Positions 8,693 to 18,675 are shown, counted from the stretch's first letter. The stretch: DNA of 64,000 nt from Thermodesulfobacteriota bacterium (GCA_965205855.1 OZ242184.1:768001-832000), one strand, 5' to 3'. A program made the numbers and translations. Notes: generated from the letters alone by a model not told the origin.

Positions 8693-10408
8693 ATAGCAAC
8701 AACTCCTGTTTACGGAAAGAAATCTGGCCTTACTAGCAGAGAAATCAAGCTGCTTCTCAAAGTTTATTCAAAACGTATTGATCCAAACAGACTTATGACT
8801 CCCGAATTTGGGACCGTGCTCTGCTCCACTTTCACGGCCGTCAAAAAACCCGTTTCGGTTCTTGTTGACAAAAGAGGAAGAGTCTCCGCGGTGTTTGTGG
8901 GGGATGCCAATAATGACACAGATATTTCCTCTTTTTTTAAACGGCGACATGAAACCAGGCGTGGAATTAGAAACTACAGACTTGTTCATATTCGTGCGTG
9001 CAAACACGGACTTACCGAGAATGACAAATTTACTCTGATAAACGAGCGTCTTGAAATGGTTGGAGTTCTGAAAATGCCTGCAAACGGCTCGGATGCCGCC
9101 GCGGGATTTGAGGTTGTCTATCCCGTTTCTTTCGATAATTCTTCAAACGATTCGAAGAAATGGGAAACTGTTAAATTCAAAGACTACAGAAATGTAAAAT
9201 CTGACGTTGACAGCGCTCTTGTCTCCTCCGCGGTGAGGCGGTCATTTAATCCCTCACTACTTAGTATTATTGATGAAAAATGTGTGTTTCTTGTGGGAAT
9301 TGGACAAGGTTCGCAATTTGAAGCCGAAAAGTCTCTTGAAGAATTTACAAATCTTGCGGTTTCCGCCGACAAAAAAATTATGGGTTCCCGCATTTACATG
9401 TCTAAACGTTCAAGGTCTGCGAATAACACCGTTGTCGGAGAGAAAAAACTGAATGATGTTCTTTTGCTTGCAAGGCATAAGGGTGCGGGAACTGTGATTT
9501 TTGATGCGGAGCTTGCACCGTCCGAAATTTCCGAGATCCAAAGTCGCACCGACATGAAAATTATTGACAGGACCCAGCTGATACTTGAGATATTCTCACT
9601 GCGCGCATCCTCAAAGGAGGGGAAAATTCAGGTTAGACTCGCCGAGTTAAAATACGCCCTTCCCCGTCTTTCGGGAAAAGGAATTCAGATGTCTCAACCG
9701 GGCGCGGGGATAGGAACAAAGGGGCCGGGAGAAAAATCTCTTGAAAAAGAAAGAAGGAGACTGAGAAGCCATATCAGATATCTGGAACGGCAGACATGCA
9801 AAATATCAGAGAGGAGAGAGCGGACAAGGGTGAACCGCAAAAAACAGCATGCCAAAATAGTTTCGCTGGTTGGCTATACAAATGCGGGAAAATCAACGCT
9901 GTTTTCCGCTCTCACAAAGGAGCACACCGAGATTGCCGACAGAATGTTCTCCACTCTCGGAACAAAAACCCGCAGGATTTATTCCCCGGAAAACACCGAT
10001 ATTCTTCTGACCGATACCGTGGGTTTCATCAAAGACCTTCCCGAAGACTTAACCGCGGCTTTCAGGGCGACGCTTGAAGAGATTGGCGAAGCGAGATTGC
10101 TTCTACACGTGGCGGATACAAGCGATCAGCTTGTCGAAAATCAAATAAATACAGTTGAGCGCATAGTTGACTCAATGGGTTTCGGTTCGGTACAAAGACT
10201 TCTGGTTTTTAATAAAATAGACAAGGCTTCGAACCGAAGATTGGAAAACCTCTCCTTTATCTACCCGGACGCCGTGTTTGTTTCCGCCCTCTCGCGAAAA
10301 AACCTTGAATATGTTGCCAACCGTATTAGCTTTCTCGTAAAAGACAGAAGACGGGACGGTTTTGCAATCCCGCCGTATAAGGAGGTTGGAGAATATGATC
10401 TCATATAA
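8693..10408 (+). CDS. hflX: Ribosome-splitting GTPase HflX, long N-terminally extended form; start uncertain
   Basis: IDRTQLILEIF, EGKIQV.LA.LKY.LPRL, GPGE, GYTNAGKS, DTVGFI, NKID. Family-like sequence continues upstream of ATG 8795 to about ATA 8693, which has an AGAGGA SD. Confidence 0.9.
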   Translation: MATTPVYGKKSGLTSREIKLLLKVYSKRIDPNRLMTPEFGTVLCSTFTAVKKPVSVLVDKRGRVSAVFVGDANNDTDISSFFKRRHETRRGIRNYRLVHIRACKHGLTENDKFTLINERLEMVGVLKMPANGSDAAAGFEVVYPVSFDNSSNDSKKWETVKFKDYRNVKSDVDSALVSSAVRRSFNPSLLSIIDEKCVFLVGIGQGSQFEAEKSLEEFTNLAVSADKKIMGSRIYMSKRSRSANNTVVGEKKLNDVLLLARHKGAGTVIFDAELAPSEISEIQSRTDMKIIDRTQLILEIFSLRASSKEGKIQVRLAELKYALPRLSGKGIQMSQPGAGIGTKGPGEKSLEKERRRLRSHIRYLERQTCKISERRERTRVNRKKQHAKIVSLVGYTNAGKSTLFSALTKEHTEIADRMFSTLGTKTRRIYSPENTDILLTDTVGFIKDLPEDLTAAFRATLEEIGEARLLLHVADTSDQLVENQINTVERIVDSMGFGSVQRLLVFNKIDKASNRRLENLSFIYPDAVFVSALSRKNLEYVANRISFLVKDRRRDGFAIPPYKEVGEYDLI

Positions 10409-11525
10409 ACGGATGTCCGACCATTTGATGCGGATAATACGCATAGACAGCGAGTCTCGTTTTGAGAGGGATGTCGCGCTTTTTCTTGAAAAGGAAATGA
10501 AAGAGGCCGGGGGCGAATGTTTCTACGATGACTGCGGAGAAAAAGTCGGTGGCAACACAGGAAATCTTATTGTGAAAATCAAAGGAAACACCGCCGCGCC
10601 GCCGCTGTTTCTTTGTTCCCATATGGACACGGTCCCTCCCGGCAAGGGAATTAAGCCATTTATCAAAGACGGAATTATGAGAAGCGATGGAACAACAATT
10701 TTGGGAAGTGATGACAAAAGTGGAGTTTCAATAATAGTTGAAGTCATACGCTCCCTGAAAGAGCGGGATTTGCCGCACGGTGATATTGAAATCGCTTTTA
10801 CGATATGCGAAGAGATTGGTCTTCTGGGCGTAAAACATATTGACCGCTCTTTGTTCAAGGCTTCGGATGGGATTGTTCTTGACAGCTCAACTCCCGACCG
10901 GTTGGTTATTAAATGCCCTGCTTCAGATATGTTGGAAGTTCAAATTAAAGGCATTGAAGCGCACGCCGGGTTGTGTCCAGAAAAGGGGATAAGCGCCATA
11001 CAGATAGCGTCTGAGGCAATTGCGCAAATGAGTCTCGGGAGAATAGATTCCGAAACAACCTCAAACATAGGGAAAATATCGGGAGGAAACGCAATAAATA
11101 TTATTCCGGGCTCGGTGAGTCTTCTTTGCGAGGCGAGAAGCCACAGCGAGGAGAAGCTCAAAAAACAAATAAAACATATGAGGGATTGCTTTGAGCAATC
11201 GTCTGCGAAGGCATATAGTGGCAATCCTGCGGTGGAAATTCGGCAGACGGCTCTCTATCCGGCCATGGATGTTTCCCCTTCGTCACGAATAGCAAAAATG
11301 GTTGAGGAAAATGCCCGCCGGTTTAAGCATCCGTTGGTTTTTCATACAAGCGGGGCGGGTTGCGATGCAAACTATATCAATGACAAGGGAATAGAATGCG
11401 TGAATCTTGGAACGGGAATGTATGACCTTCACACGATCAATGAGCATCTTGTTATTAAAGAGTTCAACAGGTCAGCCGACATTGTGCTTGGGACAATTGT
11501 ACAAAATGCCGAAACCGCGAGTTAA
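10395..11525 (+). CDS. M20/M25/M40 family metallopeptidase (peptidase T-like)
   Basis: SHMDTV.PG, LGSDDKSG, CEEIGL.G, AHAG..PEKGI, GCDAN, HT.NE; ATG 10395 after GGAG. Confidence 0.9.
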   Translation: MISYKRMSDHLMRIIRIDSESRFERDVALFLEKEMKEAGGECFYDDCGEKVGGNTGNLIVKIKGNTAAPPLFLCSHMDTVPPGKGIKPFIKDGIMRSDGTTILGSDDKSGVSIIVEVIRSLKERDLPHGDIEIAFTICEEIGLLGVKHIDRSLFKASDGIVLDSSTPDRLVIKCPASDMLEVQIKGIEAHAGLCPEKGISAIQIASEAIAQMSLGRIDSETTSNIGKISGGNAINIIPGSVSLLCEARSHSEEKLKKQIKHMRDCFEQSSAKAYSGNPAVEIRQTALYPAMDVSPSSRIAKMVEENARRFKHPLVFHTSGAGCDANYINDKGIECVNLGTGMYDLHTINEHLVIKEFNRSADIVLGTIVQNAETAS

Positions 11526-11904
11526 AAAAGCCCTTGTAATCGTTGACCACGGAAGTGCCGTTGCCGAAGCGAACCTCATTCTTATTCAAGTTGCGCGGAA
11601 ACTCAGAGAAAAAGCCGCGGGTTTTGATATTGTTGAACACTGCCATATGGAAATCGTTTCTCCGACAATGGAAGATGCGTTTGAAAAGTGTGTAAATATG
11701 GGGGCCACGGAGGTGGTGGTTCACCCGTATTTTCTAGTTCCGGGCAAACATTCCGGTTTTGACATACCTGCGATGGCCGGAGTTGCCGCGGGAAAATTCC
11801 CCGGTGTGAAATACACGGTCACCGAGCCGCTGGGTCTTCACGAAAGAATTGTGGATGTTGTTCTGGAGCGTGTTTGCGAATCCGAGAACAAATCCGCCGT
11901 TTGA
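11506..11904 (+). CDS. Sirohydrochlorin chelatase, short CbiX/SirB type
   Basis: IVDHGS, HMEIVSPT, VHPYFLVPGKH..DIP, EPLG.H. Confidence 0.88.
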   Translation: MPKPRVKKALVIVDHGSAVAEANLILIQVARKLREKAAGFDIVEHCHMEIVSPTMEDAFEKCVNMGATEVVVHPYFLVPGKHSGFDIPAMAGVAAGKFPGVKYTVTEPLGLHERIVDVVLERVCESENKSAV

Positions 11905-12804
11905 CGTTTTTTTTGAGGGACACTCTATTGTTTTTGATAATTCGAAATGTTTCGTATGTCTGTTTTGCCATTTTCCCTTCTTATGGTTTCTTGAAAAAAG
12001 AGACGCCTTGCTTGTTCCGCAGTAAAAAGCTATAAAACGGGATTCCGAATGTTTCAATCCGTTAACTTCGGGTCGAATTGACGATACATGAACAAACATT
12101 GCTCCGTTCAGGTTTTTTCTGTGCATAATGGTTCGTGGAAAAAAATGAGGCAAATGCAAATGTCCTGATATCCAAAGGTCAATCTTTTCTTTTTTCAAGA
12201 CTTCAACAAAACGTTCCGAGCGCAAAATCTTCCTGTCTTTCAATCTTGAAAAAATTATGGAGCTTCCCTCAAGCGGCGCGTGTGTCACAACTATAATTAT
12301 CTTGTCCCGGTTGCTTTCAACCAGATTCTTCCACCAAAGAAAAGTTTTGTCTGTTATTGTTGTTGACTTCCCCCGTGCTTCATCGGACATGAGAATAAAA
12401 AGTATGTTTCCATATCGGAAGAAGTTATGAAATCTGCCGATTTTTCTGCCATAAAGTTTTCCGAGGTCGGGTTTTATATCATGATTGCCCGCTATCTCGT
12501 GCCAAATCGGGATATACGATTTCTCCCGTTCCGCTATATACCAGTCAAAAACCTTCTCTTCGGCAGAGTTGACAATATCTCCGGCAACAAGCGCCATGTC
12601 TATTCCCTTTGTTTTTGAGTTCATATCGGCAACGGCTTTCTCAAAAGCGTGTCTGTGTTTTCTGTTCGTGGGTTGAATATCGGAGAGAAGCCACACTTTG
12701 AACACATTTTTTTTGCCAAATATATGTTCGGGAAACGGATTGCCCGCACATGATGAAAACAAAAAGGGAACGGAGACAATTATTAGGAAAAAGAGGTTAC
12801 GCAT
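11734..12804 (-). CDS. Calcineurin-like metallophosphoesterase, predicted lipoprotein
   Basis: Signal peptide with FSSC lipobox; SD-x-Q, AGD, GNHD, THAP and SGHLH motifs. Confidence 0.8.
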   Translation of the reverse strand: MRNLFFLIIVSVPFLFSSCAGNPFPEHIFGKKNVFKVWLLSDIQPTNRKHRHAFEKAVADMNSKTKGIDMALVAGDIVNSAEEKVFDWYIAEREKSYIPIWHEIAGNHDIKPDLGKLYGRKIGRFHNFFRYGNILFILMSDEARGKSTTITDKTFLWWKNLVESNRDKIIIVVTHAPLEGSSIIFSRLKDRKILRSERFVEVLKKEKIDLWISGHLHLPHFFPRTIMHRKNLNGAMFVHVSSIRPEVNGLKHSESRFIAFYCGTSKASLFSRNHKKGKWQNRHTKHFELSKTIECPSKKTSNGGFVLGFANTLQNNIHNSFVKTQRLGDRVFHTGEFSRGNSGHRRYVKTGMFARN

Positions 12805-14117
12805 CCGCTTGCTTTCTCTTCTGAGACAGAATCTATTTTTACCTTAAGGTTTATTCCCGGAGGCAGTTTTGTTCCCTCAACGGAAACCGGAATGTAATTG
12901 TCCGTCATGCAGACGGACCTTGTTTCCGATATGGCGTGAAGAGTTCTACCGATGAATCTTTTATAGAATTTTTGCTTTTTCCACGTTCCAAGCTTACGTA
13001 GCTCAAGACTTCTATGCTTTTTCACCTCACCCGCAACCGGAGTTCCGACTGCGTATGCCGAGGTGTTCTTTCTGTGCGAATATGGAAAAACATGAAAATA
13101 TGTGAGTGCCGAGTATCTGGCTACGGCAAGCGTATTATTAAATTGCGTGTTGGTTTCTCCGGGAAATCCCACCATTATATCCGTTCCGATTGAGGCGTCA
13201 GGCATCATCTTTCTTATTGAAGAGACGCAATTCTCAAATTGCCCCGGAGAATACCTGCGCCTCATCTTCTTCAGAATCTCTTCATCACCGCTTTGAAGTG
13301 GTATGTGAAAGCTTTTGCATATGGCCTTTGATTCGGAGCAGAAACTTATCATCTCTTCGCTTATGTCCGCAGGGTCAAGGGAGCTTAGCCTGATTTTGGG
13401 CAACGGGGCGGTGCTGTTTTCAATCTGTTTCAATACTGACAGAAGAGATGTTCCGATGTCTCTTCCGTAGCTTGCAAGATGTATTCCGGTTAAAACCGCT
13501 TCTTTGTAGCCGTTTTCATAAAGATCGGAAAGCCTTTTCACAACCTCAGAAACTTCAAGGCTTCTGGACCTTCCCCGCGCCTTTGGGATTATGCAGAAAC
13601 TGCATGCATAGTTACAACCATCCTGAATTTTTAGAAAAGCTCTTGTCCTTTCATGAAAGCCGTTTATCGGAGGTGATTCAAATTTTCTTTTTTTCTCGAA
13701 AAACAGGTCCGAAACAAAAACCCGGGCGCGTCTTTGCGGATGCCCTTTTCTTACTATTTCTACAAGGGACGGGAATTTGTGGGAGTTTCCAACCACATAG
13801 TCCACTTCTTTGAGGGAAGAAATCTCATTGGCTGATATTTGAGCGTAGCACCCGGTTACAACAACGATTCCTTCGGGGTTGGATTTTTTTGCGCGTCTTA
13901 TATAGTTTCGGGCTTCAGAGTCCGCTTTGTGTGTTACCGTGCAGGTATCAATCAAATAGACATCGGCTTTGTCTGAAAATTTTTTGTTTATTTCGTATTT
14001 GCTCGCGGGAAGCCGGTCGAGCATGGCGGCGGTATCGTATTGGTTCGCTTTGCATCCGAGAGTTACAACAGAAACTCTGCGCTTGCTTCCGTTTGTATTT
14101 GTGTTCGCGGTCGTCAT
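12783..14117 (-). CDS. mtaB: tRNA t6A37 methylthiotransferase MtaB (radical SAM)
   Basis: TLGCKANQYD, DTCTVT..AD, VTGCYAQ, KIQDGCNYACSFCIIP.ARG, FHVFPYS. Confidence 0.9.
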   Translation of the reverse strand: MTTANTNTNGSKRRVSVVTLGCKANQYDTAAMLDRLPASKYEINKKFSDKADVYLIDTCTVTHKADSEARNYIRRAKKSNPEGIVVVTGCYAQISANEISSLKEVDYVVGNSHKFPSLVEIVRKGHPQRRARVFVSDLFFEKKRKFESPPINGFHERTRAFLKIQDGCNYACSFCIIPKARGRSRSLEVSEVVKRLSDLYENGYKEAVLTGIHLASYGRDIGTSLLSVLKQIENSTAPLPKIRLSSLDPADISEEMISFCSESKAICKSFHIPLQSGDEEILKKMRRRYSPGQFENCVSSIRKMMPDASIGTDIMVGFPGETNTQFNNTLAVARYSALTYFHVFPYSHRKNTSAYAVGTPVAGEVKKHRSLELRKLGTWKKQKFYKRFIGRTLHAISETRSVCMTDNYIPVSVEGTKLPPGINLKVKIDSVSEEKASGCVTSFS

Positions 14118-14130
14118 TGTGAAGTTCTCC

Positions 14131-15213
14131 TTATGTGGAAAGCGTCTGTTTTATCCACCCGCCTCCAAGCACTTCGCTGTTATTGTAAAAAACAACCGCC
14201 TGTCCCGGAGTAACAGCTCTTTGAGGTTGCTTAAATCTGACAACCGCATTGCCGTCCGGTGTGATCTCAACAACGGCTTTCTGCTCCGGATGCCTGTGTC
14301 TTATCTTGGCTCCGACTTCTATTTTACCTTCCGGTGTTTCTCCAACCCATGAAAGCCTCTCCGCGACAAGAGCCCGGTTGTAAAGGTGGTTTTCCTTTCC
14401 GACCACAACTTTGTTACGGGATGCGTCAATTTTGACCACGTAAGATGGGTCGCTTTCGGGTTGTGATGTTTTGATGCCGAGCCCTCTTCTCTGTCCGATT
14501 GTATAAGAGTGAATTCCATCATGTTTGCCGATGGTTACGCCGCTTGTGTCAACCATTTCCCCTTTGCTTGAGGCTGTGTCGTTGATTTTTCCGGAAAGAA
14601 AGTTCCTGTAATTGCCGCCCGTTAGAAAGCAAACTCCCATGCTTTCGGGTTTCTCCGCCACTTCAAGACCAAACTCCCGCGCCTTTTCCCTAACTTCGGT
14701 TTTTGTGCTACTCCCTATCGGAAACATCAGATTCGCGAGCTCTTTCTGCTTGAGAGTAAAAAGAAAATAAGTCTGGTCTTTGTGGTTGTCAACACCTTTG
14801 AATAAAGATTTGCCACCCCGAACATCCCTCACTTGCGCGTAATGACCAGTTGCCAGAGCAAATGCCCCGAGATTCTGGGCGCGTTGCAACAACAGGTCAA
14901 ACTTCATGAACTGATTGCAAAGAGTGCACGGAACGGGAGTCTCTCCGGACTCATATTTTTTGACGAAATCACGGACGACTGTTTTTTTGAATGGCTCCAT
15001 GTAGTTGGCTACATAGTGCGGTATGCCTATCTGGCGAGCCACGTTTCTCGCGTCTCTGACCTCATCCGCCGAACAGCACCCACCCGAAGACTCGCCGTAG
15101 TCCCAGAGCTGCATGGTTATTCCTATGACTTCATGCCCTTGGTTTTTCAGAATTGCAGCAACGGTGGATGAGTCCACTCCCCCACTCATGGCAACAACTA
15201 TTCTTTTTTTCAT
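14131..15213 (-). CDS. mnmA: tRNA 2-thiouridine(34) synthase
   Basis: AMSGGVDSS, TP.PC..CN..MKF, ATGHYA, KDQTYFL, KPES.G.CF, YTIGQRRGLG, TPGQ; true start MKKRIVV at 15213. Confidence 0.96.
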   Translation of the reverse strand: MKKRIVVAMSGGVDSSTVAAILKNQGHEVIGITMQLWDYGESSGGCCSADEVRDARNVARQIGIPHYVANYMEPFKKTVVRDFVKKYESGETPVPCTLCNQFMKFDLLLQRAQNLGAFALATGHYAQVRDVRGGKSLFKGVDNHKDQTYFLFTLKQKELANLMFPIGSSTKTEVREKAREFGLEVAEKPESMGVCFLTGGNYRNFLSGKINDTASSKGEMVDTSGVTIGKHDGIHSYTIGQRRGLGIKTSQPESDPSYVVKIDASRNKVVVGKENHLYNRALVAERLSWVGETPEGKIEVGAKIRHRHPEQKAVVEITPDGNAVVRFKQPQRAVTPGQAVVFYNNSEVLGGGWIKQTLST

Positions 15214-15232
15214 TTTCTTCAATCCGGCTTTT

Positions 15233-15306
15233 TCGGGGTGACTGGACTTGAACCAGCGACCTCTGCGTCCCGAACGCAACGCTCTGCCAATCTGAGCTAC
15301 ACCCCG
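15233..15306 (-). tRNA. tRNA-Pro (CGG)
   Basis: CGGGGTGTAGCTCAGATTGGCAGAGCG-TTGCG TT CGG GA CGCAG-AGGTCGCTGGTTCAAGTCCAGTCACCCCGA; CCA not encoded. Confidence 0.95.
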
Positions 15307-15415
15307 TTTTGTTTTCAGAAAAGATAATAATAACGAATATACAGTTTTTTCACACTCCATAATATGTGCGGCGTGAGTTGAAAAACAATTTCGCACGGGA
15401 TACTTTCCACAAAGT

Positions 15416-16216
15416 ATGCCTTCTTCCCAAGCAATTGGAATTTTCGATTCAGGTATCGGCGGGCTAACTGTTGTTCGCGAAGTAATGAGATTTCTGCCTC
15501 TTGAAAGCATCGTCTATCTGGGAGATACCGCCCGCCTTCCCTACGGAACGAAGTCTCGGGAAACGGTAACGGGATATTCTCGTAAAAATTCACAGTTTCT
15601 TGCCTCAAAAGACGTGAAGATTATAATAGCCGCTTGTAACACGGCATCGGCTCACTCTGTTTCGATTCTTTCGGATGAGGTTGAGGTTCCGATTCTCGGC
15701 GTTATTGAGCCCGGAGTAAAAAAAGCTTGCAGGATTACTCGAAACGGAAAAATAGGCGTTATAGCGACTCCATCTACTATAAGAAGCGGAGAATACGCCC
15801 GTGTCCTTGGCAGGGAAAATCCTCTGTTAAAAACGGTTTCCATCTCTTGTCCGCTTTTTGTTTCTCTTGTTGAAGAGGGATGGGTTGAAGGTGAAATAGC
15901 AGTCAAAACTGCACGGAAGTATCTTGCTCCGCTGAAGGATGAAGACATTGACACCCTTATACTTGGCTGTACCCACTACCCTCTTATGAAAAAAACCATT
16001 TCAGAAGTAATGGGGAAAAAGGTGACGCTTGTTGACTCAGCCGAAGAAACTGCAGCGGAAGTTGCGGATTTTATGAAAATAAACGGACTGTTGAGTAAAA
16101 ACGGCGAAAGCTCTTCGGAATTCTACCTTACCGACGGCTCGGAGAACTTTCTCGGTATTGCCAGAAGATTTCTTGGAAGTGAGATTAAAGAGGTTCAAGT
16201 TGTAGATTTCTCCTGA
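15416..16216 (+). CDS. murI: Glutamate racemase
   Basis: IGIFDSGIGGLTV, PYGTKS, ACNTAS, LILGCTHYP. Confidence 0.97.
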   Translation: MPSSQAIGIFDSGIGGLTVVREVMRFLPLESIVYLGDTARLPYGTKSRETVTGYSRKNSQFLASKDVKIIIAACNTASAHSVSILSDEVEVPILGVIEPGVKKACRITRNGKIGVIATPSTIRSGEYARVLGRENPLLKTVSISCPLFVSLVEEGWVEGEIAVKTARKYLAPLKDEDIDTLILGCTHYPLMKKTISEVMGKKVTLVDSAEETAAEVADFMKINGLLSKNGESSSEFYLTDGSENFLGIARRFLGSEIKEVQVVDFS

Positions 16217-16228
16217 TTTTCTTTGTTT

Positions 16229-17218
16229 TTATTCAGCCAGCGCTTTTTTCAATTCTTCGGAAAGTCGGGGAAGAACTTCAAAAAGATCTCCGCAAATTCC
16301 ATAGTCCGATTTCGCAAATATGGGCGCTTCGGGGTCTTTGTTGATTGAAACGATCACTTTTGATGATCCCATTCCCGAGAAGTGCTGAACCGAACCGGAA
16401 ATCGCTATTGCCATATAGAGATTGGGCGAAACGGCCTTTCCTGTCTGTCCAACCTGCATATCGTAGGGACAATAACCCGCGTCAACAGCCGCTCTCGTCG
16501 CCCCCGCAGCGGCACCAAGCATATCGGCAAGGTCGTATATGTGCTTGAAGTTTTCTTCATTGCCAAGTCCCCTGCCTCCCGAAACCACTCTTTCTGCTTC
16601 GGTAAGCTCAGGTCTGTCAGATTTTTTGGTTTGCATCTCCATAAGTTTTATTTTTAAGTCCTCCGGAGATATGTCCACGTTTTCTTCCACTATTTCACTT
16701 GAAACGGGGGCTTCCTCCTCTTTGAACGAATTCGGTCGCACGGTCGAAATCATTGTGTTGATTGCGTGAAACTGCTGAGTGGATATCGCACGGCTCGAGT
16801 GGGAATAACGTTGTATGACAAGGGAGGCGTCTGCAAAGTCAATATCTATGACTTCCATGGCAAGACCCGAGCCCGTAGCCGCAGCAACCCGCGGAATATA
16901 GTCCTCGGAGAAGGAACTGTGCCCTATAAGCACAACTGCAGGAGAGTGTTTTTTGATAAGTTCACAAAGAACTTTCCGGTAACTTTCGGGGTTGAACTCC
17001 TTAAGGTGTTCGTTCTGAACTGTGTAAATTTTCTGAACTCCAAACTTGCTCATTTGCTCCGCTTGCGAAGATAAAGAGTCCGCCATGACAACTCCGCACA
17101 GCATGGCCCCCTCAATCTTTGGCGCAAGCGCGCGACGGGCCTGAGAGATTATCTCAAAGGTTACTTTTCTTATTGACCCGTCCAGTTTGGGGTCGGCTAC
17201 AATCCAGATTTCACTCAT
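16229..17218 (-). CDS. etfA: Electron transfer flavoprotein subunit alpha
   Basis: VVSGGRG, GATRAAVDAG, QVGQTGK, ISGSVQH..GM, INKDPEAPIF. Confidence 0.96.
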   Translation of the reverse strand: MSEIWIVADPKLDGSIRKVTFEIISQARRALAPKIEGAMLCGVVMADSLSSQAEQMSKFGVQKIYTVQNEHLKEFNPESYRKVLCELIKKHSPAVVLIGHSSFSEDYIPRVAAATGSGLAMEVIDIDFADASLVIQRYSHSSRAISTQQFHAINTMISTVRPNSFKEEEAPVSSEIVEENVDISPEDLKIKLMEMQTKKSDRPELTEAERVVSGGRGLGNEENFKHIYDLADMLGAAAGATRAAVDAGYCPYDMQVGQTGKAVSPNLYMAIAISGSVQHFSGMGSSKVIVSINKDPEAPIFAKSDYGICGDLFEVLPRLSEELKKALAE

Positions 17219-17258
17219 CGATTTGAATCCTCCAATTATCTTTTGATATTTTCTGAAG

Positions 17259-18098
17259 TCAGATAACTCTGGCTTCTTCCCTGAGAAGTTTGACTATTTC
17301 CTGAGCGGAGCTGGCAATTTCATCATTTTTGACCGTTGTGCCATCCGAACCTTTGATTATCTTCAGTCTTCTCTCAACCTGTGGAACTTCAACTTTTATG
17401 GTTTTCACTTTTGAGCCGTTTTTACCGACATTTTCACGGGAAATTCCCAGCGCGCTAAAATCTATGTCATCAAGTGAAATTTCCTGAACGGGCTTTTTCT
17501 TCGCTTTCATTATGCCGGGAAGAGATGCGTAACGCGGCTCATTCATCGCATCCGGGCAAGTTATGAGAGCGGGAAGAGGAACCTCAATGGTTGCAGTTCC
17601 GCCGTCAACTTCTTTGTGACATACCATTTTCTTTTCATCGGGTTTTACCTCAACAACTTTGCTGACAAGCGCGGCATGGGGAATGGAAAGCTCTTCGGCG
17701 ATTTGTATTCCAATCTGAGCGGACTCTTCGTCAATCACTTTCATTCCGGTAAATATCAAATCAAAATCACCGATTTTTTTAATCTCACCCGCAACAATTT
17801 TTGAGATTGTGTAAGGGTCGGTTTCGGCAAATCCTTCATCCTTTATGTGAACTGCGGAAGCTGCCCCCATGGCAAGCCCCTGACGGATGGCATCGATTGT
17901 TCTTGACGGCCCCGCTGATACGATTACGACTTCTCCCCCGAATGCTTCGGCTGTTTGAATTGCCTCCTCAACGGCAAACTCATCATATGGGTTCATTATC
18001 CATTTGATTCCTTCCGAATCAATTGAATCACCCGAAGCGCTTACCTTTATCTTTGCTTCGGTGTCTTGTGTCTGAGTTATAAAAACCACAATTTTCAT
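17259..18098 (-). CDS. etfB: Electron transfer flavoprotein subunit beta
   Basis: MNPYDEFAVEEA, LAMGA, NEPRYASLPGIMKAKKKP. Confidence 0.95.
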   Translation of the reverse strand: MKIVVFITQTQDTEAKIKVSASGDSIDSEGIKWIMNPYDEFAVEEAIQTAEAFGGEVVIVSAGPSRTIDAIRQGLAMGAASAVHIKDEGFAETDPYTISKIVAGEIKKIGDFDLIFTGMKVIDEESAQIGIQIAEELSIPHAALVSKVVEVKPDEKKMVCHKEVDGGTATIEVPLPALITCPDAMNEPRYASLPGIMKAKKKPVQEISLDDIDFSALGISRENVGKNGSKVKTIKVEVPQVERRLKIIKGSDGTTVKNDEIASSAQEIVKLLREEARVI

Positions 18099-18168
18099 TT
18101 CTTAATCCTCTCTTTGGCAGCCTTTAATTCTGGCTGAGAACTTGTTTGATAGAGATAAGGCAATGGTT

Positions 18169-18196
18169 ATTATAGAGAATGGCTTTTTACTGTCAA
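18169..18196 (-). promoter_or_regulatory. sigma70 promoter for etfBA
   Basis: Minus strand TTGACA-N16-TATAAT with both hexamers at perfect consensus, about 70 nt upstream of etfB. Confidence 0.75.
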
Positions 18197-18228
18197 GGAA
18201 TCTTTCCAAGCTATGAAAGAGGCGGTTT

Positions 18229-18675
18229 ATGAACATAGCGGTTGGAAGCGATGAAAAGACACACCTTACCGATTTTGTTGTACACTACCTTGAAAAACAA
18301 GGGGCACGTGTAAAACTTTTCGGGCCCCTTGTTGGCGAAGGAATTCAGTGGACCGATGTTGCCGAAGCGGTGGCACTTGAGGTTGCAAACGGCAGTTGTG
18401 ACCAGGGAGTAGTTTTCTGCTGGACGGGAACGGGGGTTTCAATTGCGGCGAATAAAATCCCCGGTGTGCGCGCCGCTCTTTGCAATGATTCTGAGACCGC
18501 CTCTGGCGCCAGAAAGTGGAACGATGCGAATGTTCTCGCAATGAGTTTAAGACAGACTTCAACTCAGGTTGCAAGAGAGATACTTGATGGCTGGTTTGGC
18601 TCAGATCCTGAAAAAAACGAAAAGGTCAACATAGACAAAATTGCGCACCTGGAAAGGAAGTATTTACTGAAATGA
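18229..18675 (+). CDS. rpiB: RpiB/LacA/LacB family sugar-phosphate isomerase
   Basis: IAVGSD, CWTGTGVSIAANKIPGVRAALC, AR.WNDANVL. Confidence 0.88.
   Translation: MNIAVGSDEKTHLTDFVVHYLEKQGARVKLFGPLVGEGIQWTDVAEAVALEVANGSCDQGVVFCWTGTGVSIAANKIPGVRAALCNDSETASGARKWNDANVLAMSLRQTSTQVAREILDGWFGSDPEKNEKVNIDKIAHLERKYLLK

Noticed and set aside
15214-15510. 98-aa N-terminal extension of MnmA in the ORF track
   Set aside because: It runs through tRNA-Pro(CGG) and antisense into murI; MnmA similarity begins at MKKRIVVAMSGG (15213).
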